A DNA stretch of 64,000 nt. Source: Gammaproteobacteria bacterium (lineage in GTDB: Bacteria; Pseudomonadota; Gammaproteobacteria; Arenicellales; Poriferihabitantaceae). Under the pieces are notes generated by a model, which saw only the letters and a list, made by a program, of their open reading frames with translations, was not told the origin of the DNA and made no database searches. How positions within the stretch are numbered: the stretch's first letter is position 1; the number at the start of each line of letters is the position of its first letter. Position numbers and translations under genes: made by a program. The stretch spans positions 15,955 to 79,954 of the forward strand of contig JAJEAV010000011.1 of the NCBI GenBank assembly GCA_022822625.1. Reading direction: 5' to 3'. Positions 21,253-31,146 of this stretch are shown one piece after another.

Positions 21253-22944
21253 CTACGACTCCTTGACTATAGTCTGACGTTGGTAGTGTTCCCATCCTTC
21301 AACCAGACCAACTGCGGCATCCAATGGGTCCAGCATCCCGCGGTTCTTGATCAAGTCCGCACCCCGCTCGGCTACCATAATGGTCGGGGCGTTTAAATTA
21401 CCATTCGGAATCACTGGAAATATCGACGAATCAATAACCCGCAGGCCACCAATACCGTGAACTCGGGTTTCAGGATCGACAACTGCCATGTCATCGGTTC
21501 CCATCTTGCATGAACAGGAGGGATGGTATGCACTTTCCGTATTCTGGCGAATCCATGCATCAATTTCATCATCGCCTTGCACGGAGGCACCGGGCTGTAT
21601 TTCATCACCCCGATATATATCCATAGCAGGCTGCGCCATGATTTCACGGGTCAATCTCACACACTGTCTGAAAACATGACGATCATGTTCATGCTCCAGA
21701 TAGTTAAACAGGATGGAAGGCTTGTCCAGAGGATCATCCGACTTGACTCGAACATGCCCTCGGCTTAACGGCTTGTTGTGTCCAACATGCATCTGAAATC
21801 CATGTCCCTTGAACGCTGCTCGACCATCATATCTCATTGCTGCCGGCAGGAAATGATACTGAATGTCGGGCCATTTGACTGCCGGACCTGATCGAATGAA
21901 CGCACAAGACTCAAAATGATTGGTCGCACCAAGTCCGGTCTTGAAGAGTATCCATTGCAACCCAATCTTGAACTTGCTCCATGGATCAAGCCTGGAGTTC
22001 AAGGTGACCGGGTGTTGACAGCGAAACTGAAAATAGAATTCAAGGTGGTCCTGAAGATTCATTCCAACACCCGGCAAATCATGCAGAACTTCAATCCCGG
22101 CATCCTGCAGGACTTGGCCCGGGCCAATACCCGACAATTGAAGTAATTGCGGTGAACCGATCGACCCGGCACAGACAATGACTTCCTGCCTGACCTGCAC
22201 GAATTGATCCTGGGACCCCAGCCGGTACTCGATTCCAGTTGCACGTTTGTCCTGCAAGCGAACCCTCTGCGTCAATGCTCCCGTTATCACCTTGAGATTG
22301 GGTCTATCGAGTGCCGGCTTGAGATACGCATTGGCAGCGGACCACCTAACACCGTTTTTGACCGTCATGTGCATCGGCCCAAACCCCTCCTGAAGGTATC
22401 CATTGTAGTCTTCAGTCTCTCCATAACCAGCCTGCACACCCGCTTCAATGAAAGCCTTGTAAAGCGGATTTGCCATTTCATTGCCATTGTTAACGGCAAG
22501 CGGTCCACCTTGATTTCGATAGTCATCCGCCCCATACTTCCAGTCATCTGCTTTCCTGAAGTACGGTAGGCAATGCCGGTAATCCCAGCCGTTCGCTCCG
22601 GCCTCGGCCCATTCATCAAAATCATGGGCATGTCCACGAACATACACCATACCGTTGATTGACGAAGACCCCCCCAATACCTTTCCGCGCGGACAGTGCA
22701 TGCGGCGATTGTTCAGACCCGGTTCCGGTTCAGAATGAAACTGCCAGGCAAAACGCTCTGTATTCATTGGAATCGAAAGTGCAGTGGGCATCTGTATGAA
22801 TATACTGCGATCCGACCCTCCATATTCAAGTAATAAGACCTGGGTTTCAGGATCTTCACTAAGGCGGTTTGCCAGAACACAGCCTGCCGAACCTGCGCCG
22901 ACTATTACATAATCAAAGTCTTCTTGATCGACGCTATGATTCAC
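21253..22944 (-). CDS. betA: GMC-family oxidoreductase, choline dehydrogenase-like
   Basis: [26 protein letters not shown]-binding N-terminus, [14 protein letters not shown], and a C-terminal HPSCSCKMG motif. 563 aa. Confidence 0.85.
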   Translation of the reverse strand: MNHSVDQEDFDYVIVGAGSAGCVLANRLSEDPETQVLLLEYGGSDRSIFIQMPTALSIPMNTERFAWQFHSEPEPGLNNRRMHCPRGKVLGGSSSINGMVYVRGHAHDFDEWAEAGANGWDYRHCLPYFRKADDWKYGADDYRNQGGPLAVNNGNEMANPLYKAFIEAGVQAGYGETEDYNGYLQEGFGPMHMTVKNGVRWSAANAYLKPALDRPNLKVITGALTQRVRLQDKRATGIEYRLGSQDQFVQVRQEVIVCAGSIGSPQLLQLSGIGPGQVLQDAGIEVLHDLPGVGMNLQDHLEFYFQFRCQHPVTLNSRLDPWSKFKIGLQWILFKTGLGATNHFESCAFIRSGPAVKWPDIQYHFLPAAMRYDGRAAFKGHGFQMHVGHNKPLSRGHVRVKSDDPLDKPSILFNYLEHEHDRHVFRQCVRLTREIMAQPAMDIYRGDEIQPGASVQGDDEIDAWIRQNTESAYHPSCSCKMGTDDMAVVDPETRVHGIGGLRVIDSSIFPVIPNGNLNAPTIMVAERGADLIKNRGMLDPLDAAVGLVEGWEHYQRQTIVKES

Positions 22945-22980
22945 TGGCTTGTTCGCACTTGATATGGCACTTTCGGCATG

Positions 22981-23472
22981 TTATTTCTCCAACAGTTCTG
23001 TTACTGGCACAACCAGATTTTTTTGCATGTAAATGGAATGTGGATCATCAGAAGGGTAGTCTCCAAAAGCTGTCCGGTAATGATAACCCAGGCACTCATA
23101 TAATCTTATCGCTGATTTTTGATATATGCCCGTTTCAAGTACAAGGCTGTGACACCCTTGAAGCCTGGCATGTTCCTCCAGCGATCCCATTATCTGTCTT
23201 GATATACCAAGTCTCCGACTGCCTTCTTCAACATAGATCCTCTTGATTTCACCATAGCGCATGGAACGTGATAGCTTCACCGCGCCCATCCCGACTGCAT
23301 GGTCACCAATGAACGCACCAACCAGAAAAGCATCGGCCTGCTGGAGATCATGGGGAGAATCGAGATGATTCGATTCTGCCGGATACAACCCGGATTGATA
23401 GTTATCCAGATTGGAAATCAAGCGCAGGATTTGCGGGTCGGATAGTACGGCCCGTCTGACCTCAATGTTCAT
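22981..23472 (-). CDS. GNAT-family N-acetyltransferase
   Basis: 163-aa ORF with an acetyl-CoA binding motif region (RIYVEEGSRRLGISRQIMGSLEEHA). Confidence 0.8.
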   Translation of the reverse strand: MNIEVRRAVLSDPQILRLISNLDNYQSGLYPAESNHLDSPHDLQQADAFLVGAFIGDHAVGMGAVKLSRSMRYGEIKRIYVEEGSRRLGISRQIMGSLEEHARLQGCHSLVLETGIYQKSAIRLYECLGYHYRTAFGDYPSDDPHSIYMQKNLVVPVTELLEK

Positions 23473-23488
23473 GACTGGTTTTTCTGAA

Positions 23489-24724
23489 TCACAACCACTC
23501 CATTTCGAACGGATAACGAGTCATCAACCTGGCTCCGTCACGCGTGATTACCACCTGCTCTTCCAGCTTGACCCCCTCGCCGCTTCGCTCAGAACCGATA
23601 TAGGATTCGACACACAGAGTCATGTTTTCCTCGATCGTTCCCTCATAGCCATGTGTTGCGAGCTTGTCCATATGCTTTATTCCCGGATATTCATCCGCCA
23701 ATCCGATGCCGTGAATCAATGAACTGTACTTGTTGCCTGCGAATTCCCGAGGGATAGTCCAGGCTGCCCTTGAAGCCTCTTCAAAGGTCATGCCCGGCTT
23801 TAACATCGCGACATTGTGCTGAATTTGCTGGTATGCATGTGCGTATATCCGTCGTTGCTCATCGCTCGGCTTGTCTCCACACACCCAGCTTCGCGACATA
23901 TCCGCACAATAGCCGTAGGGACCAATCAGATCCGTATCAAAACTGACCATGTCTCCCGGCCCTATCACGCGCATTGAACTTTCCCGAAACCACGGAAAAG
24001 TACGGGGGCCGGATGACAACAGCCGGGTTTCAATCCACTCCCCACCCAACGATATGTTGGTTTCGTGCAGTTTTGACCACAATGCGTTCTCGGTTATCCC
24101 GGGTTCAAGCGCCTCCCGCATTGAACATATCCCCTGCTCACACACATTGATTGCCTCCTGCATTAACACCAATTCCTGATCAGACTTAATGGCCCGTGCA
24201 AGTTCCATGACCTCAAGTCCATCATGAATTGATATCTTTCTTCTTAACAACGGTTCACAACCCACATGGGAAAGTCGATCTATGGCAAGACGTCGATTTC
24301 CACCCCCGTATGTGTCAACCAAGTCCGTAATCGTATCGGCGAACTGCTCCGCCTTTTCAGATGATCGGCCACCCGCCGCAAAATAGTAGAAAGATGAATG
24401 TACCCGATACTCGTCAATCGTCGGAAGATTTTCAACAAGGTGAGGATAGTCTCCATAATCAAAGAGTATCAGTGGGCCATCAGTTGCAATAAATACACAT
24501 CGGGTTTCATAGTGCGAACACCATACCTGCATGTTTGTCGCATCTGAGGCATACCGGCAATTGATCTGGTCAAACAGCAAAATACCCGAATAATCATGCT
24601 TTCTCAGCTGCTCATGAATGCGCTCAAGTCGATACCGCCTTACTGAGTCAAGATCAACGGGAGGGTTCGTGAACTCCATCGCACCGTGCTGGCGAGCGAT
24701 TATCTTTTGCCCAGACAAATTCAT
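23489..24724 (-). CDS. M24-family (creatinase/prolidase fold) protein, DddP/ectoine-hydrolase-like subgroup
   Basis: 411-aa ORF. GGEWIETRLLSSGPRTFPWF, VSFDTDLIGPYGYCADMSRSW, HGIGLADEYP and MTLCVESYIG...KLEEQVVIT follow the pita-bread fold metal-ligand pattern. They resemble my recollection of DddP. Confidence 0.7.
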   Translation of the reverse strand: MNLSGQKIIARQHGAMEFTNPPVDLDSVRRYRLERIHEQLRKHDYSGILLFDQINCRYASDATNMQVWCSHYETRCVFIATDGPLILFDYGDYPHLVENLPTIDEYRVHSSFYYFAAGGRSSEKAEQFADTITDLVDTYGGGNRRLAIDRLSHVGCEPLLRRKISIHDGLEVMELARAIKSDQELVLMQEAINVCEQGICSMREALEPGITENALWSKLHETNISLGGEWIETRLLSSGPRTFPWFRESSMRVIGPGDMVSFDTDLIGPYGYCADMSRSWVCGDKPSDEQRRIYAHAYQQIQHNVAMLKPGMTFEEASRAAWTIPREFAGNKYSSLIHGIGLADEYPGIKHMDKLATHGYEGTIEENMTLCVESYIGSERSGEGVKLEEQVVITRDGARLMTRYPFEMEWL

Positions 24725-24746
24725 CCCGTGTTCCAGTTATGCATGT

Positions 24747-25535
24747 TCAACGACCCTTCCAGATCGGTTTTCGTTTCTCGGAAAAGGCTTTCGCTCCTTC
24801 CAGCATGTCTTCACTGTTGTACAGTGTTTTGACAGTAGGCAGTGATTGCGAATTGACCAGGTCAAGCGCCTGCTGAAAATTCATGTCTTGCGTCTTACGC
24901 ACCACCTCCTTGATAGCGGCAAATACCAAAGGCGGTCCTTCGGCCAACAGCTGCGCGATTTCCCGGGCACGTGGCAGTAGCTCATCAAACTTGACAACTT
25001 CATTTACCAGCCCCCATTTCGCCGCCTCCTCGGCATCAATCCAACGACCAGTAAAGAGCATCTCCATCGCAATGTGATGCGGAATCGTCTTGGGAAGCTT
25101 TATCGTTGCCGCGTCGGCCAGGGTGCCTGCGTTAATCTCGGGTAATGCGAAGGTTGCGGACTCCGAAGCAACAATAATGTCAGCGCAGATCATTAGCTCA
25201 AAACCCCCACCACAGGCAATTCCATTCACTGCAGCAATCACCGGCTTATTGAAATCAGGAAGTTCCTGAAGTCCGCCAAATCCACCAACCCCGAAATCAG
25301 TGGTTGCACTCTCCCCATCTGCAGCCGCATTGAGATCCCATCCTGCACAGAAAAACCGATTTCCTCCCCCGGTGAGAATAGCCACATTCAAGTCAGGGTT
25401 GTCCCTGAAATTTGCAAACACACGACCCAACTCCTGACTGGTTACCTGATCGATTGCATTGGCTTTGGGTCGATCCAGGACCACCTCAAGAACTCGGCCA
25501 TTGACTCTGGCTTTTACTGATTTTGCATTATCCAT
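24747..25535 (-). CDS. caiD: Crotonase-family enzyme, CaiD-like carnitinyl-CoA dehydratase / crotonobetainyl-CoA hydratase
   Basis: LDRPKANAID, FCAGWDLNAAADGE, KPVIAAVNGIACGGGFEL, FALPE and the C-terminus NSEDMLEGAKAFSEKRKPIWKGR track E. coli CaiD (recalled sequence) closely. Confidence 0.85.
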   Translation of the reverse strand: MDNAKSVKARVNGRVLEVVLDRPKANAIDQVTSQELGRVFANFRDNPDLNVAILTGGGNRFFCAGWDLNAAADGESATTDFGVGGFGGLQELPDFNKPVIAAVNGIACGGGFELMICADIIVASESATFALPEINAGTLADAATIKLPKTIPHHIAMEMLFTGRWIDAEEAAKWGLVNEVVKFDELLPRAREIAQLLAEGPPLVFAAIKEVVRKTQDMNFQQALDLVNSQSLPTVKTLYNSEDMLEGAKAFSEKRKPIWKGR

Positions 25536-27610
25536 GACTTCCCCCCATTCTTATTGACCCGGACCAGGGCATCGACAACTACAGCTCCCGATTCACCTAC
25601 GACCAACGGATTGATCTCGATTTCATAAATATTCTGCCCACATTTACTTATCATGTCTGCTAGCTGCCTTATGGTATTGACCAACTCTTCTACATCTGCA
25701 GGCTTGCGCCCCCGATATCCAGTGAGAAGTGGCCAGATTTTCAGGATACGCAACGCTCCCAGGATCTGCTCGTCATCAACCGGCAGCATTAACAGCTGGC
25801 AGTCATTTATCATCTCGACCAGGGTGCCCCCTGCACCAATCATCAGAAAATGACCAAACTGAAAGTCATGGCTGATACTGACCATCAATTCAACGACATG
25901 GTCATCCACCATCTTCTCGATACGCACACTCTGCCATCTCTCAAGCATACGTTCAACCCCAGTCTCGACTTGTTTCGTTTCTCTCAACCCAATCATAACA
26001 GCACCAAACTCGGACTTGTGTTCAAGATTGGGGTCCAGCGCCTTGATGGCAACCGGAAATCCGATTTTATCGATTGTTTCGAATGCCTCCGAGATGCTAC
26101 GCACTCGCTCCCCAGACGGCACGGATATCTGCCAGTTTTCCAGTAACTGCTTGGATGTATGCTCATCCAGACTTTCCATGCCCTCTGCACCTGTCGATGA
26201 GCCAAAGAACGATATTCGAGGAGGCTGTATTGGGGATTTCCATCTCACCCCTACCTGACTCAGCGACTCAATAACTGCCAAAGCCTGACTCATGCCTTGT
26301 AATGGCACAACCCGGTTGTCAATCAAGTACTTGCCAGTCTCGCGTGTCATGTTCTCCGAAATACTGCTTACGACAACACCCTTGACCTGATGTTCCCGGC
26401 AGGCCCTAACATAGGCCTGAATGGTCCCCATCCAATCCGAATCATCGCAGTACTCAGGGTCCGGAAAATCAATAATCAGGATAAAAAGATCAAAATTCCC
26501 CTCCATCATGGCCGAGAACATACGGTAGGTACGGTCAAAATCTCCCCAGATAAATGTATGATAGTCGAGCGGATTGGATAGGGAGACATAGTTATTCAGG
26601 GTTTCACCAAGCAGCAGTTTATGCTCCGGCGTAAATGCAGGAAACTGCAAGTTTCGAGAAATTGCCAAATCTGCCAGTAATGAGGCCTCTCCTCCCGAGC
26701 AACTCATTGAAACCAGACGATTGCCCTCAAGCGGCCCGTGAACACAAGCCAGCTTCAGGGCCTCCAGAAATTCTTCGGCTGTATCAACCTGGCCAACTCC
26801 CAGTCGCTGGAAGAGTGCCGAGTAGAGGCGCGACTCCCCTGCCAGAACTGCAGTATGGCTTTGCGTGATTTTCGAACCAATCTCCGATTTTCCGGCCTTG
26901 AGTACCATGATCACAACGCCCTTTTCCCGGGCATGTTCTGCTATCCGGATAAATCGCGGTACGTCCCGCAGGCCTTCTATGTGCAGTCCTATGGCCCGAA
27001 TATTCGCACATTCCAGGGCTGCTTCCAGAACATCCTCTACCCCCATCACCGCCTGGTTGCCGACAGTAATCAACCATGCGATAGGCAGGTTCCGCTGTTG
27101 CAGGGTAAAGTTGATGCCAAGATTTCCACTGGCGGTTATGATCGCAACCCCCTGATCCACTCGATACAGCCCATGCTGATCCGGAAACAGGACAGCGCCT
27201 GTCAATGCATTGATGTATCCATAGCAATTGGGCCCCAATACCGGCATTAACCCCGCTTCCTGCACCAGTCTCTCTTGTCGCTCTTCACCCAGTTCACCCA
27301 CTTCCTTGAACCCGGATGCCAGGCACACCACGCCTCCGACACCCATCGCATCCAGAAGGCCCACAAAATCTACAGACTGATCCGCAGATATACCCAGAAA
27401 TACAGCATCGGGAACCTTCGGCAATTCATTAATGTGTTTGACGCAGGGAATTCCCGCCAACTCTGACCGGTTTGGATTGACTGCCCACAAGATGCCCTGA
27501 TAAGACAATTTTGCGCACTGCTCGAGAACCCGTTCCGATTCCCTGCCTCCAACAACCGCAATCGACTTCGGATTCAGAAAACGAAGCAGACGATCCCGAT
27601 CAAACTGCAA
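25514..27610 (-). CDS. ADP-forming (NDP-forming) acyl-CoA synthetase, fused alpha/beta domains. Candidate gamma-butyrobetainyl-CoA synthetase.
   Basis: 698-aa ORF. N-terminal CoA-binding segment (LNPKSIAVVGGRESERV), a succinyl-CoA-ligase-like middle and a C-terminal ATP-grasp part. Confidence 0.8.
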   Translation of the reverse strand: MQFDRDRLLRFLNPKSIAVVGGRESERVLEQCAKLSYQGILWAVNPNRSELAGIPCVKHINELPKVPDAVFLGISADQSVDFVGLLDAMGVGGVVCLASGFKEVGELGEERQERLVQEAGLMPVLGPNCYGYINALTGAVLFPDQHGLYRVDQGVAIITASGNLGINFTLQQRNLPIAWLITVGNQAVMGVEDVLEAALECANIRAIGLHIEGLRDVPRFIRIAEHAREKGVVIMVLKAGKSEIGSKITQSHTAVLAGESRLYSALFQRLGVGQVDTAEEFLEALKLACVHGPLEGNRLVSMSCSGGEASLLADLAISRNLQFPAFTPEHKLLLGETLNNYVSLSNPLDYHTFIWGDFDRTYRMFSAMMEGNFDLFILIIDFPDPEYCDDSDWMGTIQAYVRACREHQVKGVVVSSISENMTRETGKYLIDNRVVPLQGMSQALAVIESLSQVGVRWKSPIQPPRISFFGSSTGAEGMESLDEHTSKQLLENWQISVPSGERVRSISEAFETIDKIGFPVAIKALDPNLEHKSEFGAVMIGLRETKQVETGVERMLERWQSVRIEKMVDDHVVELMVSISHDFQFGHFLMIGAGGTLVEMINDCQLLMLPVDDEQILGALRILKIWPLLTGYRGRKPADVEELVNTIRQLADMISKCGQNIYEIEINPLVVGESGAVVVDALVRVNKNGGKSWIMQNQ

Positions 27611-27616
27611 GGTGGA

Positions 27617-28783
27617 TTACCGTATTGATTCAAGTGGACGCAAAATCGACCGGGCGATAATCATGCGCTGGATTTCGCTTGTCCCCTCCCAGATTCGCTC
27701 AACCCGTGCATCTCTCCAGATTCTCTCCAGAGGCAAATCAGACATCAAGCCCATGCCACCATGAATCTGAATCGCCTCATCCGCAATAAAGGCTAGTGCT
27801 TCGGTAGCCGACAACTTGGCCATGGCCGCATCCATATCGGTCATTTCATTGGTATTGGCCTTGGCGCCAGCTTGATAGGTGATCAGTTCTGCCGCGCGCA
27901 GTCTAATTGCCATGTCGGCCAGTTTGAAGGACACCCCCTGGAACTTGCCGATGGTCTGATGAAACTGTACCCTGGTTGCGGCATGGTTGCTGGCGAGCTC
28001 ATATGCCCGATCACATTTTCCAAGACAGATCGCGGCAACCTGCAACCGGGTATTGCCTAGCCAGTCATTGGCCACTGCAAAACCCTTGTCCACTTCACCG
28101 AGTACCTGTGTTTGCGGGACCCTGCAGTTATCAAATTCCAAAATGCAGTTGTGATACCCGCGGTTGGATACGCTCTCGTAGCCATCTCTGACCTCAAAAC
28201 CCCTGGCCTCCTTGTCAATCAAGAATGCAGTAATCCGTTTTCTTGGGCCACGCGGCGTTTGATCGACCCCGGTTGCCGCAAACAGGATCACAAAGTCCGC
28301 GATATCAGCGTGACTGATAAAGTGCTTGGTTCCGTTGATAATGAAGTCCTGCCCGTCCTTCTCTGCACGTGTCGACATTGATCGGACATCCGAGCCGGCA
28401 CCGGGCTCGGTCATTGCGAGACAATCGGTTTTTTCACCCCGAATACACGGGAACAGGTACTGCTCCCGTTGATCACCTATACAAGCCTGCAAGATATTGC
28501 TGGGACGTCCAACCATGTATTGCAGTGCATAGCTCGCCCGACCAAGTTCGCGATCCAGCATACACATCGAAAGCGGGTCAAGACCTCCACCTCCAAGTTC
28601 TTGTGGCATATTGGCCGCATACAAGCCAACTTCAATCGCTCGATTGATAATCTGCTGACGCAATTCAGGGCGCACGTTTCCAGTATTCTCGACCTCCTCT
28701 TCATAAGGGTAAAGCTCCTCTTCGACAAAACGTCTTGCCGTCTCGATTAGAAGCTTCTGCTCTTCACTTGGTTCAAAGTTCAT
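27617..28783 (-). CDS. Acyl-CoA dehydrogenase (candidate gamma-butyrobetainyl-CoA dehydrogenase)
   Basis: 388-aa ORF with ACAD motifs (CLAMTEPGAGSDV, QIHGGMGLMSDLPLERIWRDARVERIWEGTSEIQ). Confidence 0.9.
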   Translation of the reverse strand: MNFEPSEEQKLLIETARRFVEEELYPYEEEVENTGNVRPELRQQIINRAIEVGLYAANMPQELGGGGLDPLSMCMLDRELGRASYALQYMVGRPSNILQACIGDQREQYLFPCIRGEKTDCLAMTEPGAGSDVRSMSTRAEKDGQDFIINGTKHFISHADIADFVILFAATGVDQTPRGPRKRITAFLIDKEARGFEVRDGYESVSNRGYHNCILEFDNCRVPQTQVLGEVDKGFAVANDWLGNTRLQVAAICLGKCDRAYELASNHAATRVQFHQTIGKFQGVSFKLADMAIRLRAAELITYQAGAKANTNEMTDMDAAMAKLSATEALAFIADEAIQIHGGMGLMSDLPLERIWRDARVERIWEGTSEIQRMIIARSILRPLESIR

Positions 28784-28863
28784 CCAGTTGGGTCTCTCGT
28801 TGGTGGCCTGGCACGATTTCGATTCTTGTTATTTGACAGGGTGATGGTTCGGATCACCGATCT

Positions 28864-29637
28864 TCATGATCCAAAATTTTCAACATGTCCGTCAACATTC
28901 ATGATTTGACCAGTGATTCGACTGGCATCGGACGATGCCAGAAACAGCGCCATCCGAGCGATGTCCTCCGCATCGATAAATGTCCGTAATGAACAGCTGT
29001 TGGTGTATTTTTTTCGCACATCCTGTGGCGATAGGCCGCTTTGCGCTGATTCTGCAACGATCACCCTGTCCATGCGCTCTCCATTAATACTGCCGGGGCA
29101 AATTACATTGGCCCGAATACCATAAGGGCCAAGTTCCATGGCCAGTGTCTTGGTCAACCCAATCACCGCCCATTTCGCGGCAGCATAGGGAGAGCGAAGC
29201 GGATACCCATGCCATCCAGCCGTTGATGAAATATTTATGATTGATCCGTGTCCGGCACTTCGCATACTTGGGATGAATGCCCGGCAGTAAAGAAAGGTCG
29301 AGTCAAGACTAACTGCCATGCAACGGTGCCAGTCATCAAGGGCAACATCCTGAATGGGGGCAGTAGGACCGGCAATTCCGGCACAGTTGACCAGAACGTC
29401 AATGCCTCCATAGGTACGGATATGTTGCTCCGCTATGCTCCGGGTTTGTGATTCATCCGATGCATCGCCTATCGAGACCATGGCTTCAGGCATCATTTCA
29501 GCAAACCGTTCCACAGCCACCTTGTCAATATCCACCACATGCACCGATGCACCGGCATTATGGACTTCGAGAGCAATAGCCCTGCCGATTCCGGATGCAC
29601 CGGCAGTAATCAGAACACTTTGGCCATCAAGATTCAT
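28864..29637 (-). CDS. Short-chain dehydrogenase/reductase
   Basis: TAGASGIGRAI Rossmann motif, NCAGIAG, and the catalytic YAAAK. Confidence 0.9.
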   Translation of the reverse strand: MNLDGQSVLITAGASGIGRAIALEVHNAGASVHVVDIDKVAVERFAEMMPEAMVSIGDASDESQTRSIAEQHIRTYGGIDVLVNCAGIAGPTAPIQDVALDDWHRCMAVSLDSTFLYCRAFIPSMRSAGHGSIINISSTAGWHGYPLRSPYAAAKWAVIGLTKTLAMELGPYGIRANVICPGSINGERMDRVIVAESAQSGLSPQDVRKKYTNSCSLRTFIDAEDIARMALFLASSDASRITGQIMNVDGHVENFGS

Positions 29638-29640
29638 CCG

Positions 29641-31146
29641 CTAGGAACCCGGCATTTGAATTGAGCGTCCGCAATTCGCTGGAAACTCGATATTCCGCTG
29701 ACCCTCGTAGATTTTTTTCAATCGCTCCAGAATAGCCGGATCAGCCGGACAGGATCGAGATTCACAAGTGTTGACGTGCAGTAGCATTTGCTCTCCCGTT
29801 GCCAGTACTCGATGGTCCTTGGTTGCGTACATGACATGATTGATATGCAACCGTTTTGCATCCAGATTCAGAATTTGTGTCTGGAAATAAAATGCTTCCC
29901 CGGCCATGATTTCACCCTGATGGATCAAATGAGTTTCAACCGAGAAGTAGCTGAAGCCCTGTTTATGGTATTCTTCATTAACGCCGATCAACTGAAACAA
30001 GGCATCCGATGCATCACCGATCGCTCGCAGATAACTGCTTTCCGTCATATGCTGGTTGTAATCAACCCACTCTGGAGGAACTACTCCGGAATGAAGCTGC
30101 AGGGGTTGATGAAAGTCATGGTCGAAAAACCCGACCGATGCTTGATCATCAGTGTGTGAGATACGATAGAGTTTCTCTTCATATTTTGCCAGCGTTTTAC
30201 CGGCACTGGTTTCGTTAACCCGAAGTCCCTGAAGAATGGATACGATGCAATCATCGCGTTTTTGTTCAAGCTCGGATATGGAACGATCCCGTGCCTGCTG
30301 GTCTGACTGCTGGGTAACCCGATTCAACAAATCATCCGTCAGGTCTGGACCATCAAAACGAGTCCATGGCCATTTCAGGCTTGGGCCGAACTGGGACATG
30401 AAATGATGCATGCCCCCTTCCCCTCCGGCAATTCGATAAGTGAGATAAGGCCCCATAAATGCCCAGCGGATACCCGGGCCATACGCGATTGCCTGATCCA
30501 GTTCATCAGCAGTTGCTACACCTTCATTGAGCAAATGCAGGGATTCACGCCACAAAGCCTCCATCATGCGATCTGCCAAAAAGGCTTGAACCTCTTTTTT
30601 TACAACCAGTGGATGCATGCCTATCCCTGAATAAAATTCTTCAGCGTGGCGAATCGCCAGTTCGGAAGTCTGTTGACCGCCAACGATTTCTATCAGCGGC
30701 AACAAGTAAACAGGGTTAAATGGATGGCCCACGATTACACGCTCCGGATTCTTGATGCCCTTCTGCATATCGCTAGGCAAAAGACCCGATGATGATGAAG
30801 CAATAACGACTTCATCACCAGCATGTGATGCAATCTCCCTGAAGAGCTGCTGCTTAAGATCAATCCGTTCAGGACCACTTTCCTGAATGAAGTCAGCACC
30901 ACAAACTGCTTCTTCGATGGAATCGACGATCTGCCATTCGCCTCTGAGAGAAACCGGGGCCAAGGTCATTTTTCGATAGGCCCTGAGTGCATTGTTCAGC
31001 ACTTTATCCAAACGTGCCGATAATTCCTGGTCGGGATCGTAAATTCTTACGTTAACGGCATTGATCAATAACCGAGCCGCCCATGCAGAGCCGATAACTC
31101 CACCGCCGATCAGTCCTGCCGTGTTAACCCGCATGGAACTAGGCAT
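29641..31146 (-). CDS. lcdH: L-carnitine dehydrogenase fused to a C-terminal hotdog thioesterase domain
   Basis: 501 aa. GLIGGGVIGSAWAARLL NAD-binding N-terminus. The HPFNPVYLLPLIEIVGG, ADRMMEALWRE and YRIAGGEGGMHHFMSQFGPSLKWPW blocks are as recalled for carnitine dehydrogenases. The C-terminal ~150 aa contain YNQHMTESSY (4HBT-like). Confidence 0.8.
   Translation of the reverse strand: MPSSMRVNTAGLIGGGVIGSAWAARLLINAVNVRIYDPDQELSARLDKVLNNALRAYRKMTLAPVSLRGEWQIVDSIEEAVCGADFIQESGPERIDLKQQLFREIASHAGDEVVIASSSSGLLPSDMQKGIKNPERVIVGHPFNPVYLLPLIEIVGGQQTSELAIRHAEEFYSGIGMHPLVVKKEVQAFLADRMMEALWRESLHLLNEGVATADELDQAIAYGPGIRWAFMGPYLTYRIAGGEGGMHHFMSQFGPSLKWPWTRFDGPDLTDDLLNRVTQQSDQQARDRSISELEQKRDDCIVSILQGLRVNETSAGKTLAKYEEKLYRISHTDDQASVGFFDHDFHQPLQLHSGVVPPEWVDYNQHMTESSYLRAIGDASDALFQLIGVNEEYHKQGFSYFSVETHLIHQGEIMAGEAFYFQTQILNLDAKRLHINHVMYATKDHRVLATGEQMLLHVNTCESRSCPADPAILERLKKIYEGQRNIEFPANCGRSIQMPGS

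Noticed and set aside
24747-28783. CoA ligase + acyl-CoA dehydrogenase + crotonase interpreted as the DMSP demethylation genes dmdBCD
   Set aside because: The ligase is ADP-forming rather than the AMP-forming DmdB type. The hydratase tracks CaiD closely. The genes are co-operonic with carnitine dehydrogenase and a BKACE. The carnitine/gamma-butyrobetaine route fits better, but this remains testable.
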